A model generated the notes under the pieces. It ran no database searches. It was not told the origin of the DNA and saw only the letters and a program-made list of their open reading frames with translations. The translations under genes were made by a program, and so were the position numbers. A stretch of DNA of 64,000 nt from Marmoricola sp. (GTDB lineage: Bacteria; Actinomycetota; Actinomycetes; Propionibacteriales; Nocardioidaceae): NCBI GenBank assembly GCA_045806825.1, contig JBJMIP010000314.1:8730-72729 (forward strand), given 5' to 3'. Shown here piece after piece: positions 56,186-64,000 of this stretch. Every line of letters starts with the position of its first letter. Within the stretch, counting starts at the first letter, position 1.

Positions 56186-56241
56186 ATGAATCTAAGGTGA
56201 GTTAGATTCATGACCTCAACTTACTTGCTTGTATACAAGCA
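56186..56241. promoter_or_regulatory. Two palindromes in a divergent promoter: ATGAATCTAA-N6-TTAGATTCAT and TGCTTGTATACAAGCA
   Basis: Perfect 10-bp arms spanning 56186-56211; perfect 16-bp palindrome 56226-56241; adjacent to a TetR gene. Confidence 0.7.
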
Positions 56242-56315
56242 GGTCAAGTACCTTGGCAGAATGTATTGGCCCTTAGCTACCGACGCAGGCTCACTCCACC
56301 GATGTACGAAGTTGA

Positions 56316-56963
56316 GTGAACGGACTCGATGACACGATGACTTCCGTGCGCACTCAACAGCAGCGAGTCGAGGAGTCGTCCCAGCGCCTCATGTCTGCCG
56401 CAATCACCCTCATTGCAGAGCGTGGCTACAGCCAGACAACGGCCAAGGACATAGGTCTTCGCGCCGGATACAGCCGCGCCATGGTCGCCGAACGGTTTGG
56501 CGACAAGGACGCTCTCCTAGATGCCCTCCTCGTTGACTACTACGAAGAGCAGATCCGAGTGGATGAGAGCTTTGGGGCCTCCGGGTTACAGGTGTTGTTC
56601 TCGCCCGTAAATCGCCTGATCGAGCTTGTTGAGAGCGATCCAACGATGGCGCGAGCAATGCTGGTCCTCAACTTCGAAGCGGCACACGACACGGGACTGC
56701 TGAGAGAGCGCATAAGCATGCACCTGTCTACGTTCAGTCTCCGGCTTCTTCGTGCCGCAGAAGCCGGACAGATCGACGGCTCGATCCGTAAAGACATCGA
56801 CCCCACCGAGACTGCGTCAGAAGTGATGGCGACCGGCATTGGACTGGCCTACGGATGGATCGTTCTCCCTGGCGATGCAGACTTTGCTGACACGTTGCGG
56901 AAGTGGCGTGACCGTGTTGTGAGTTCGATCGGCACCAGCTCGAAGCCGGCTGGCGGCGCCTGA
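56316..56963 (+). CDS. TetR-family regulator
   Basis: GYSQTTAKDIGLRAGYSRAMVAERFGDK; start may be ATG 56337. Confidence 0.85.
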   Translation: MNGLDDTMTSVRTQQQRVEESSQRLMSAAITLIAERGYSQTTAKDIGLRAGYSRAMVAERFGDKDALLDALLVDYYEEQIRVDESFGASGLQVLFSPVNRLIELVESDPTMARAMLVLNFEAAHDTGLLRERISMHLSTFSLRLLRAAEAGQIDGSIRKDIDPTETASEVMATGIGLAYGWIVLPGDADFADTLRKWRDRVVSSIGTSSKPAGGA

Positions 56964-57003
56964 CCGTAGCGTCAGTCGGAGTCGCGCTTGCGCACCGCGC
57001 GTC

Positions 57004-57087
57004 AGGCACGTAGACCCGGCCCGTAGCGCCGGATCTGCGATCGACGCGTTCTGGCAGTCAAGTTTCGACCTTGATCTCGACGCCCAT
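57004..57087 (-). pseudogene. Decayed 5' fragment of an mceG/mkl ATPase gene
   Basis: RBS GAGGGA then ATGGGCGTCGAGATCAAG, 18 nt identical to the mceG start at 10706; reads MGVEIKVET-stop after an apparent 1-nt deletion. Confidence 0.65.
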
Positions 57088-57118
57088 GCTCAATTCCCTC
57101 TTCGATCTTCCTAGCCGC

Positions 57119-57985
57119 TCATAAAGTGTGCACGGCCAACGCGTTCTCGACAAAGGACAGGACCTGGAGCGCGTACGGACGGGCTGCCCATCCAAGCGCC
57201 ATGTTGTGGGCTGCACCAGGCTGCTCGTGGACCTGGACCCAGGGTGCCGCGCTGAACAACTCCGCGAACTTCTGCAACCCGTTGTCGCCGCCCTCCCACC
57301 ACTGATCAGCGTCGCCCAGGATCGCCTGCACGGGAACCTGGCAACTCGGCGCAAGGGCAGGGACCAACTCAGACCAGTACGGCGCAACAGCCCGATCAGC
57401 TAAAGAAACCGGTGCTGTCGGCCGATTCTTCTGCGACAGCGCCCCGTCTGGATAGAGGCTGCGATCGCCCCACCAGAGATCACTGGCCGGCGACTGGTCC
57501 CCGACACTGTGCGGTCCCACGTCGACACTGCGCTCGAGCCGGTACTCAGCGGTGATGCCGGACACGGCGAGGGCAAACATTTCTGCGGAGTATCTGGCCG
57601 CAAAGGCGACCGAGACCATCGATCCCAAGGAGTGACCGACAATCCCGAGAGGCAGATCGAGTCCGGTGCCTTCACGCAGGTCGTCCAGACAACGCGCCAA
57701 CCACTCTGCCTGGCCGTCGAGATCGAGATGCGGCTGAGCCGGAGTGTCCCCGTAGCCCGGACGATCGGGCGCGAATGCCACGAAGCCACCTTGTGCAAAG
57801 GCGCGCAGCACGGACAAGTCCGCGTCGACAGGCGAATCGAAGTAGCCCGAGGTCATGCCACCGCCGTGGACGCAAGCCAGCAGCCCGCGTGGAGTAGAAC
57901 CCTCTCTGGGACGGGCGATCAGCGCCGAGTAAGGCAACCGACCTTTCGTCGTCAGATGTTCGACCGTGATCGCTGGTTCGGTCAT
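57119..57985 (-). CDS. Alpha/beta hydrolase
   Basis: HGGG, DRPGYG, nucleophile GHSLG, AAHN. Confidence 0.85.
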   Translation of the reverse strand: MTEPAITVEHLTTKGRLPYSALIARPREGSTPRGLLACVHGGGMTSGYFDSPVDADLSVLRAFAQGGFVAFAPDRPGYGDTPAQPHLDLDGQAEWLARCLDDLREGTGLDLPLGIVGHSLGSMVSVAFAARYSAEMFALAVSGITAEYRLERSVDVGPHSVGDQSPASDLWWGDRSLYPDGALSQKNRPTAPVSLADRAVAPYWSELVPALAPSCQVPVQAILGDADQWWEGGDNGLQKFAELFSAAPWVQVHEQPGAAHNMALGWAARPYALQVLSFVENALAVHTL

Positions 57986-59517
57986 CGAACCGCCTCCGCC
58001 AGGTCGCGGAGCTCGTGCTTACGGAGCTTCCCCGTCGGCGTGCGTGGAAGGGCGTCCACAAGGGTCACCGATCGTGGGCACTTAATCGAAGACAGAGCGG
58101 ACCGACACCAGTTGCGCAGTTCCTCCTCGTTCACGGTTGCGCCGAGAACCAGCTGCACGAAGGCGACGGGGACCTGACCCAGGTCGCTGTCTGTACTGCC
58201 AAGGACTGCGGCGTCGAGAACTTCAGGATGCTCGACTAGGTGGTTTTCGATCTCCTGCGGATAGACGTTCACGCCGCCACTGATGATCATGAAGTCCTTG
58301 CGATCGGACAGGTAGAGGTAGCCGTCGTCGTCGAGCCAACCGATGTCGCCGACCGTGGCTCTGCCCGCTGCGTCAAACGCTCCACGCGCCTTCGCCGGGT
58401 CTCCGTGGTACGCGAACGAGGAACCTCCGGTAAACCAGATCGTTCCGACCTGCCCCACCGGGAGCTCGTTGCCCTCGTCGTCGAGCACCTGTGGCTCCCC
58501 CATGACGGCCTTCCCCACGGATCCCGGATGAGCGAGCCATTCCTCGCTGTTGATCAGGGTCATCCCGATGCCTTCTGTGGCTGAGTAGAACTCCAGGAGG
58601 ATCGGGCCCCACCAGTCGATCATTGCCCGCTTCACCTCGGGCGGGCAGGGCGCCGCAGCATGGATGGCGAGCTGTAGCGACGCGCCACTGAAGGTCTCGC
58701 GCTCCTGATCAGTCAGCTTGAGCATGCGGACGAACATGGTCGGGACGAACTGAGCGTGAGTTACAGAGAACCCATCGATCACCCCTAGCGCCGTCGCAGC
58801 GTCGAAGGACTCGAGGATCACCACTCGCCCGCCCAGCCGCTGCGTTGCCATCGTCCAGGCCAACGGGGCCGCGTGATACAGCGGAGCGGGACAAAGGTAC
58901 GTCGAGTTCTCGTTGATGCCGAAGGATCCGAGCATCAAAGCCAATGCGTGCGGCGGCTGCCCCAACGGGAGCTCCGGCAGTTGGCGCTTGATTCCTTTGG
59001 GTAGACCAGTTGTCCCCGAGGAATAGAGCATGAAATCGCCTTCGAGAGGCGGCACCTCTCGAAGGTCGTCCTCATCGATCGAGATCAAGGCCAGCTCGTA
59101 GGACTCCGTCTCACCAGTAATGAGTACCTGGACGCCGTCCGGGACTGCCGCGAGCACGAGGGATACAAGGCCGGGTGTAGTGACAACCACGCGCGCACCA
59201 CAGTCCCGGAGCACATGGGCTGCTTCGTCTCGACGTAGGTGAGTGTTTACCGCTGTGACGTAGAGACCGCTGCGCTGAGCTGCCCAAGCGACCTCGAGCA
59301 GCTCGGGGATATTCGGCGTCATGACGGCGATGACCTGCCCCGGCCTCACCCCGTCTGCGTGAAGCCAAGCCGCAAAGGACAGCGAACGCTGGTCGAGCTC
59401 GACGTAGGTCCGCACTGCGGACACGGTGCCGTCAGCAGCAACAAAGACTGCCGCTTCGCGTTCCGGCGCTCGTGCGGCCCGCTCCGCGAGATGAGGCTGG
59501 GTCGGCGACTGCGTCAC
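57982..59517 (-). CDS. Acyl-CoA synthetase, paralog of 44944..46494
   Basis: YSSGTTGLPKG, HAAAPCPPEVKRAMIDWWGP, LPRTPTGKL. Confidence 0.9.
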   Translation of the reverse strand: MTQSPTQPHLAERAARAPEREAAVFVAADGTVSAVRTYVELDQRSLSFAAWLHADGVRPGQVIAVMTPNIPELLEVAWAAQRSGLYVTAVNTHLRRDEAAHVLRDCGARVVVTTPGLVSLVLAAVPDGVQVLITGETESYELALISIDEDDLREVPPLEGDFMLYSSGTTGLPKGIKRQLPELPLGQPPHALALMLGSFGINENSTYLCPAPLYHAAPLAWTMATQRLGGRVVILESFDAATALGVIDGFSVTHAQFVPTMFVRMLKLTDQERETFSGASLQLAIHAAAPCPPEVKRAMIDWWGPILLEFYSATEGIGMTLINSEEWLAHPGSVGKAVMGEPQVLDDEGNELPVGQVGTIWFTGGSSFAYHGDPAKARGAFDAAGRATVGDIGWLDDDGYLYLSDRKDFMIISGGVNVYPQEIENHLVEHPEVLDAAVLGSTDSDLGQVPVAFVQLVLGATVNEEELRNWCRSALSSIKCPRSVTLVDALPRTPTGKLRKHELRDLAEAVR

Positions 59518-60716
59518 TCGGCTGCCTCTGTTCCCAACCCGCCGAGCACCTCATCGGTGTGTTCACCAGGCGCCGGAGCATGCCGACGCACAGTGAACAG
59601 CTCCCCATCGACCACCGCCGCTGATCCGACATAGGTGAAGTCGCCGGCGACGGGGTGCTTGCCCTCTACGAATACGTTTCGTGCTCGAACGTGGTCGTCC
59701 ATCAGGACGTCCTCGACCCCTTGGTGGGCAGGGCCGAGGGCGAAGCGGTGTTGTGCAGCCAGCCCAAGCCATTCGGCCAACGACCGCTCCCGGATGATGG
59801 ACGCCACCTCCCTGCGCTCCTCGGCGTCGCCCCACTCAACGGCGTCGTTGCCTCCACCACCCTTTCGGCCGACGAGGTCTTCCCGGCCGATCGACCGAGC
59901 CCACCGGTCCCAGAACTTCTGTTCGATACACGCGAACAGGACGAACTTTCCGTCGGCCGTCTCATAGAACTGGTAGCGAGAGCCGGCGAGCTCAGCGCCG
60001 TCCATGACCACGGAGCCCGTTCGATCGGTCACTCGCTCGTCATTCAGGATCAGCACTGTCGAAAGCCAGGCCGTCGCCACCGTCGCATCGCTTGCAGCCA
60101 CGTCGATGTGGGCGCCTTCACCGGTCGACCGCGCACGCACCACCGCTGCGATTGCGTTCATCGCCGCATGGAGTGCACCGACACTCGTGGACTCCCCTCC
60201 AGCCTCGGTCCCGATCCGCTCTCGAGGGAGTGAGCGAACCAAACCTTCCTCGTCGACGCCCAGGTTGAAGGCTCCCGCCAGTGCGGCCATCAACATGCCG
60301 TGGGTCGGGATGTTCGCGTACGGCCCGTTGGCTCCGAAGCCGGTGTACTGGAGGTACACCAATGAGGACTTGCGAGCACGGAGGTCAGCCGGTCCTACCC
60401 CGAGCCGTTCACAGACACCCGGCAAGTTCCCGTCGATGACCACATCTGCCGTGTCGACCAGCTTCAGGAACGCCTCACGACCATCCGAGGTCGTGAGATC
60501 CAGGAGCACGGAGCGCTTGTTCCGGTTGACCTGGGCGTGTGGCACGCTCACGCCCGGGGTGATCTGGCCCAAGAAGTACCGCAAGTAGTCGCCGTTCGGC
60601 GGTGACTCGACCTTGATCACATCTGCACCCAGGTCCCCCAGGTGCATGCCGACCGTGTCGCCGTTGAGCAGCACGGCGAGCTCGAGGACGCGGACATCGG
60701 CCAACAAGTCACTCAA
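59514..60716 (-). CDS. CaiB/BaiF family III CoA-transferase
   Basis: LGADVIKVE, NRNKRSVLLDL, TGFG..GPY, APAPGEHT; TTG start after GGAGGAG. Confidence 0.88.
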   Translation of the reverse strand: MSDLLADVRVLELAVLLNGDTVGMHLGDLGADVIKVESPPNGDYLRYFLGQITPGVSVPHAQVNRNKRSVLLDLTTSDGREAFLKLVDTADVVIDGNLPGVCERLGVGPADLRARKSSLVYLQYTGFGANGPYANIPTHGMLMAALAGAFNLGVDEEGLVRSLPRERIGTEAGGESTSVGALHAAMNAIAAVVRARSTGEGAHIDVAASDATVATAWLSTVLILNDERVTDRTGSVVMDGAELAGSRYQFYETADGKFVLFACIEQKFWDRWARSIGREDLVGRKGGGGNDAVEWGDAEERREVASIIRERSLAEWLGLAAQHRFALGPAHQGVEDVLMDDHVRARNVFVEGKHPVAGDFTYVGSAAVVDGELFTVRRHAPAPGEHTDEVLGGLGTEAAE

Positions 60717-60783
60717 GGCGACTCCTCCAGTAAAAAGAAAGTGTCTCCGCCGTTTCGGCGATCGGTTCGACCCACCACCTTAA

Positions 60784-60801
60784 CTTGACTCGTGAGTCAA
60801 G
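60784..60801. promoter_or_regulatory. Palindrome CTTGACTCGTGAGTCAAG (motif C); second copy TTGACTATAGAGTCAA at 61685-61700
   Basis: Same TTGACT-N4-AGTCAA core upstream of two consecutive minus-strand units. Confidence 0.7.
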
Positions 60802-60816
60802 CACCAGTGTTTGGAG

Positions 60817-61578
60817 CTATACGGGGATATCCGGACCCGCGATCCAGCGCAGAGCAAGAAGTGGCAAGGCTGTAGAAAGCAAGAAGGCCACGTTCGTTGT
60901 CACGATCCAGGTTCCGAGGAGAACCGCGAATCGTCGCGGTCCCGAGGAAACCCGAGAAGCCAGGCGTTCGAACAGGTCCTGCTCCTGGTCGTCTCGCGAC
61001 ACGATCGCCAGTGCTGCCATCGCGATGAACGGCACCTGCTCGAGGATCGGCCAGAGCAACGGGAAGGTGCCGTTCCCGACGTGCAGCGCGGGCCCAAAGG
61101 TATGCAGGTAGGTCCAGAAGCCCAGATAGGTGGTCGTGGCCTCGAAACAGAGGTCGAACAGATAGAAGATCGGGAACGCCAGCAGGATCGCAGTGACGTA
61201 CGGCTTACGGTCCGGAAACCGGACCCTCACGAGCTTCAAGGCGAGATTCAGAAGCCCGTACAGAGCCGTGTAGAAGACGGCATAGCCGGCTATGAACCAC
61301 CAGCACTTGACCGACGCCGTCCACATTTCGCCTGGCCACGGATACTGCAGGAACCGGTCGCTGTAGCGCACATACGCGCCCCAATCGCCGTAGGTCTCTT
61401 GCCAGAACGTCGATGCGCTGGCGATGACCATCAACAGCAATCGAGGAGACGGACCGGTACGAGCGCGGTGGACGCCGACGGCCAACAACACCAAAGCCGC
61501 GACTGTGATCCCGATCTCCCAGACGAGATAGCCGGCAGGGTCCGCAAGCGTCGGCGAACTAGCCGAAAGCGCCACCAT
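60817..61578 (-). CDS. AveC spirocyclase-like integral membrane protein
   Basis: Multi-TM; WQE...DW..Y..Y, FDLCFE, GFWTY, FPL pattern recalled from the AveC family. Confidence 0.6.
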   Translation of the reverse strand: MVALSASSPTLADPAGYLVWEIGITVAALVLLAVGVHRARTGPSPRLLLMVIASASTFWQETYGDWGAYVRYSDRFLQYPWPGEMWTASVKCWWFIAGYAVFYTALYGLLNLALKLVRVRFPDRKPYVTAILLAFPIFYLFDLCFEATTTYLGFWTYLHTFGPALHVGNGTFPLLWPILEQVPFIAMAALAIVSRDDQEQDLFERLASRVSSGPRRFAVLLGTWIVTTNVAFLLSTALPLLALRWIAGPDIPV

Positions 61579-61581
61579 CGA

Positions 61582-61641
61582 CTAGCCGACGCTCACTGGA
61601 ACGCCCAGCTCCGCGATGTCCCGAGCTCCCATCACGACTGC
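61582..61641 (-). pseudogene. 3'-end remnant of an FAD oxidoreductase paralogous to the gene ending at 63568
   Basis: Reads AVVMGARDIAELGVPVSVG-stop vs AGVMGARSIAEVGVPVSVS-stop; 49/60 nt identical by manual alignment. Confidence 0.8.
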
Positions 61642-61816
61642 ACCGCTGACGGATCAATAGTCATAGGTAGTAAACTTGCACTACTTGACTATAGAGTCAA
61701 TAACTCGTGGCTACTAGTGGCGTATCCCCTGCCCGTCGGCGTACGACCGCGCCCGCAACGCACACCGCAGCGGCCGGGCATCGTCCAACACCGCCGCCTA
61801 GCTGCAAGGGTTCGTT

Positions 61817-62836
61817 TCAGGAAGTGCTTTCCGTCGTAGCGCCCAATGCGAGGCGCGCGAACCGGATATTTGCCGACCGTGTAGGTTCGGGAAGTTCCTC
61901 CGGAATCTGAGGGATCGGCTGGTTGCGCCTCGCCACCTCGGCCGTAAGCCGCGTCAGGAATGTCTCCTTGAGTTCTTCCGTGGGGCTCAGCACCAGCCGC
62001 GGATCGAGCATGCTGGGAAGCTGCGGCAGCGCGCGCTCGACGGTGAACCAGACGGTATTTCCCTCGACCTCGAGATCTCCCACGAAACACTCGAGGCCGA
62101 TGTAGGAAAGATGCGCCTTGCCCTTGATCGGCCAAGGTGTCCATTCCGGCAGAGTCAACTTGAACCGTTCCCCGACGAGTTCGCACGTCTGTACGCGAAT
62201 TGGCAATGGGTAACCTTCGTTATCGCACGCCGTGAGGTTCGGCGGGATGTTGCGGTCGAGGCCCTCTCGGGCGAGTTCCTGCCAGGGACGCTGCGGCCAG
62301 GCAGGTGCCGGCGTCGCCTTTCCCAAGGGGGCAGGATCGGATGCCGGAAATATCTGGTCTTCCGGTGCGCTCCACACGTGCGGCGCCCCACCCATGGCTA
62401 CAGGACTGTCCCACCACATGATCCGCTCAGGCATGACCTCGACGATCACGCGGGTCCAGTACCAGACCGCCTTCCGCGCCTCGCTCCACGGAAGCCCGTA
62501 GCTGATGCCTTCAAAGCCGGTTTCGGAGATGTAGCGGCGGGCATTGGCCGTAAGATCGGCGTCCCGGACGGCGGCGCGGCCCCTGACGGAGACGACAGGT
62601 TCGTCGGCACCTCCCTCAATCAACAGACCCACTTTGGGATTGCGCCGGGCCCGCTCCGCCTTGGCCGGATAAGCCAGCCCTGTCGCCAGATCCAGGGTCG
62701 CAAGATCCTCGCTTGGGAAGACGTAGGTCGGCGTGTTGATCGGCAACCCGGCTGCGCTTACCGTGGCGAACTCGGTAAACAAGGCGCCCTCGATCAACTT
62801 TGACACCTCGCTGGGCACGGACTGACCGAAACTCAC
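61817..62836 (-). CDS. Pyridoxamine 5'-phosphate oxidase-like (split beta-barrel flavin/F420-binding) protein
   Basis: EFATVSAAGLPINTP, KAERARRNPKVGLL, second copy LTACDNEGYPLP; GTG behind AAGGAG. Confidence 0.72.
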   Translation of the reverse strand: MSFGQSVPSEVSKLIEGALFTEFATVSAAGLPINTPTYVFPSEDLATLDLATGLAYPAKAERARRNPKVGLLIEGGADEPVVSVRGRAAVRDADLTANARRYISETGFEGISYGLPWSEARKAVWYWTRVIVEVMPERIMWWDSPVAMGGAPHVWSAPEDQIFPASDPAPLGKATPAPAWPQRPWQELAREGLDRNIPPNLTACDNEGYPLPIRVQTCELVGERFKLTLPEWTPWPIKGKAHLSYIGLECFVGDLEVEGNTVWFTVERALPQLPSMLDPRLVLSPTEELKETFLTRLTAEVARRNQPIPQIPEELPEPTRSANIRFARLALGATTESTS

Positions 62837-62914
62837 CTTGTGCTCCTTGACCAACTAGGAATAGGCGTTGCGGGATTCCATTCGCAACGATGCAAAAGGA
62901 AGTAGGCGTAGCAC

Positions 62915-63466
62915 CTAGCGCTTGTACGAAGGATCGTCGCGGTTGCGTAGACCGATCGTCCACTCGGCGGGGTTCTGCCAACGCGTGCGGGGGATGCTCG
63001 CGTCGTAGTCGGGGACAAACAGGCGATCCGCGATCTTCCAGACGCTGTCAACGCGAGAGAGCTTGTCGATGTAACGGCCGCCCACGACGTCGAGCACCTC
63101 GCCGTCGTCGACTTCGCGTCCGGTCACTGCGATCGTGTACGTCTCGACGACGACCTGGTCCGCGCCGATCCACTCGATGCGGCTCTGACCGACCGTGTGC
63201 GAGCAGAACGTGTAGATGCTCTCGAGGGCGGCGAGCACGTTCGGGACGAACTCCGAGTCCGGCCCGCGCAGCGGCCCGTGGTCGTCGTACGCGCCAGAGT
63301 GGTAGACGGTGCGCAGCTCCTCGTCGTCGAGCCGGTCGCACGCGTGCACGTAGCGGTGCAGCACCTCACGGATCTCCCGCTCGTCCATGAGCAGTTGGAC
63401 GGCCCGTCGAAGGTCGTCCATCGATGCCGACGCGAAGTCGGCCGTGATGTCTCGGCTGTGGGTCAT
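62915..63466 (-). CDS. NTF2/SnoaL-like protein (LinA/BaiE-like)
   Basis: EIREVLHRYVHACDRLD, YH..AYDDHG, GGRYID, WKIADR, DDPSY. Confidence 0.82.
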   Translation of the reverse strand: MTHSRDITADFASASMDDLRRAVQLLMDEREIREVLHRYVHACDRLDDEELRTVYHSGAYDDHGPLRGPDSEFVPNVLAALESIYTFCSHTVGQSRIEWIGADQVVVETYTIAVTGREVDDGEVLDVVGGRYIDKLSRVDSVWKIADRLFVPDYDASIPRTRWQNPAEWTIGLRNRDDPSYKR

Positions 63467-63567
63467 GACGACCTCGTATGAGTCGGTAGTGGACAGGGAC
63501 GGGTGAGATCACACGGATCACATCAGGACCTTTGCGATACGCCCTAGTTGAAAAGCCCCACCATGGA

Positions 63568-64000
63568 CTAGCTGACGCTCACGGGAACGCCGACCTCCGC
63601 AATAGACCGAGCGCCCATGACGCCTGCGCTGGCAGCCGCCTCGACACCGACTCCGAGCAGGGGCGCTGAACCATCCCCGACGAACCAGACGCCTTCGACG
63701 CTCGCGCTCCGCCGGGGCAACTTCGGACCATGAGACAACGGGCCCATCCAGTGGTGCTTGTGTTCCTGGGTCGTGGTCGTCTCGATCGCATCCCGATAGC
63801 CGGGGTACAGCTTCTCGATCTCGTCGTGCATGCGCTCGTAGATCGCCTCGCGTCCACCCGCCTCTTCCATGGTCTCGGGGGTGTAGAACGCCTGAGCCAA
63901 AACGAACTGCTTGCCTGGCTGGGTCGTCCACGGCGCCAATGAGTGGAGGGGCCAGACCCAGGCGATGTTGTTGCCCACCTCGTCACTGACCATGACGTAC
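63568..64000 (-). CDS. FAD-dependent oxidoreductase (phytoene desaturase-like), 3' part only
   Basis: C-terminal VEGVWFVGD...GVGVEAAASAG; open to the window edge. Confidence 0.7.
   Translation of the reverse strand, partial: YVMVSDEVGNNIAWVWPLHSLAPWTTQPGKQFVLAQAFYTPETMEEAGGREAIYERMHDEIEKLYPGYRDAIETTTTQEHKHHWMGPLSHGPKLPRRSASVEGVWFVGDGSAPLLGVGVEAAASAGVMGARSIAEVGVPVSVS

Noticed and set aside
1-64000. rRNA, tRNA, CRISPR array, transposase/integrase, prophage
   Set aside because: None recognisable; intergenic gaps are short and lack regularly spaced repeats.

Overview
High-GC actinobacterial DNA (Nocardioidaceae-like by inference) forming a dense catabolic/accessory region for hydrophobic substrates. 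Left: a complete Mce importer (yrbEA-yrbEB-mceA-F, divergent mceG ATPase). Instead of mam genes, the operon ends in two paralogous multi-pass membrane proteins plus orphan cytochrome-oxidase subunit III- and IV-like genes. Middle: a CoA ligase/Rieske oxygenase/thiolase/HMGS-DUF35 operon ending in ferredoxin and reductase, followed by many beta-oxidation genes, a P450-ALDH-CoA ligase unit, WS/DGAT, SCP2 and several TetR regulators. Right (~50-64 kb, visibly lower GC): a second copy of the membrane protein + CoxIII-like + CoxIV-like module leading a P450/PDR-reductase/F420 operon, a decayed mceG start, an AveC-like protein and reciprocal gene remnants. Two different 16-bp palindromes recur in intergenic regions and co-occur at the mce and ferredoxin promoters. 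Best candidate for an undescribed system: the duplicated, oxidase-free CoxIII/CoxIV-like + membrane-protein module coupled to Mce import and P450 oxidation. No rRNA, tRNA, CRISPR array or transposase seen. All annotation is by eye; no searches were run.
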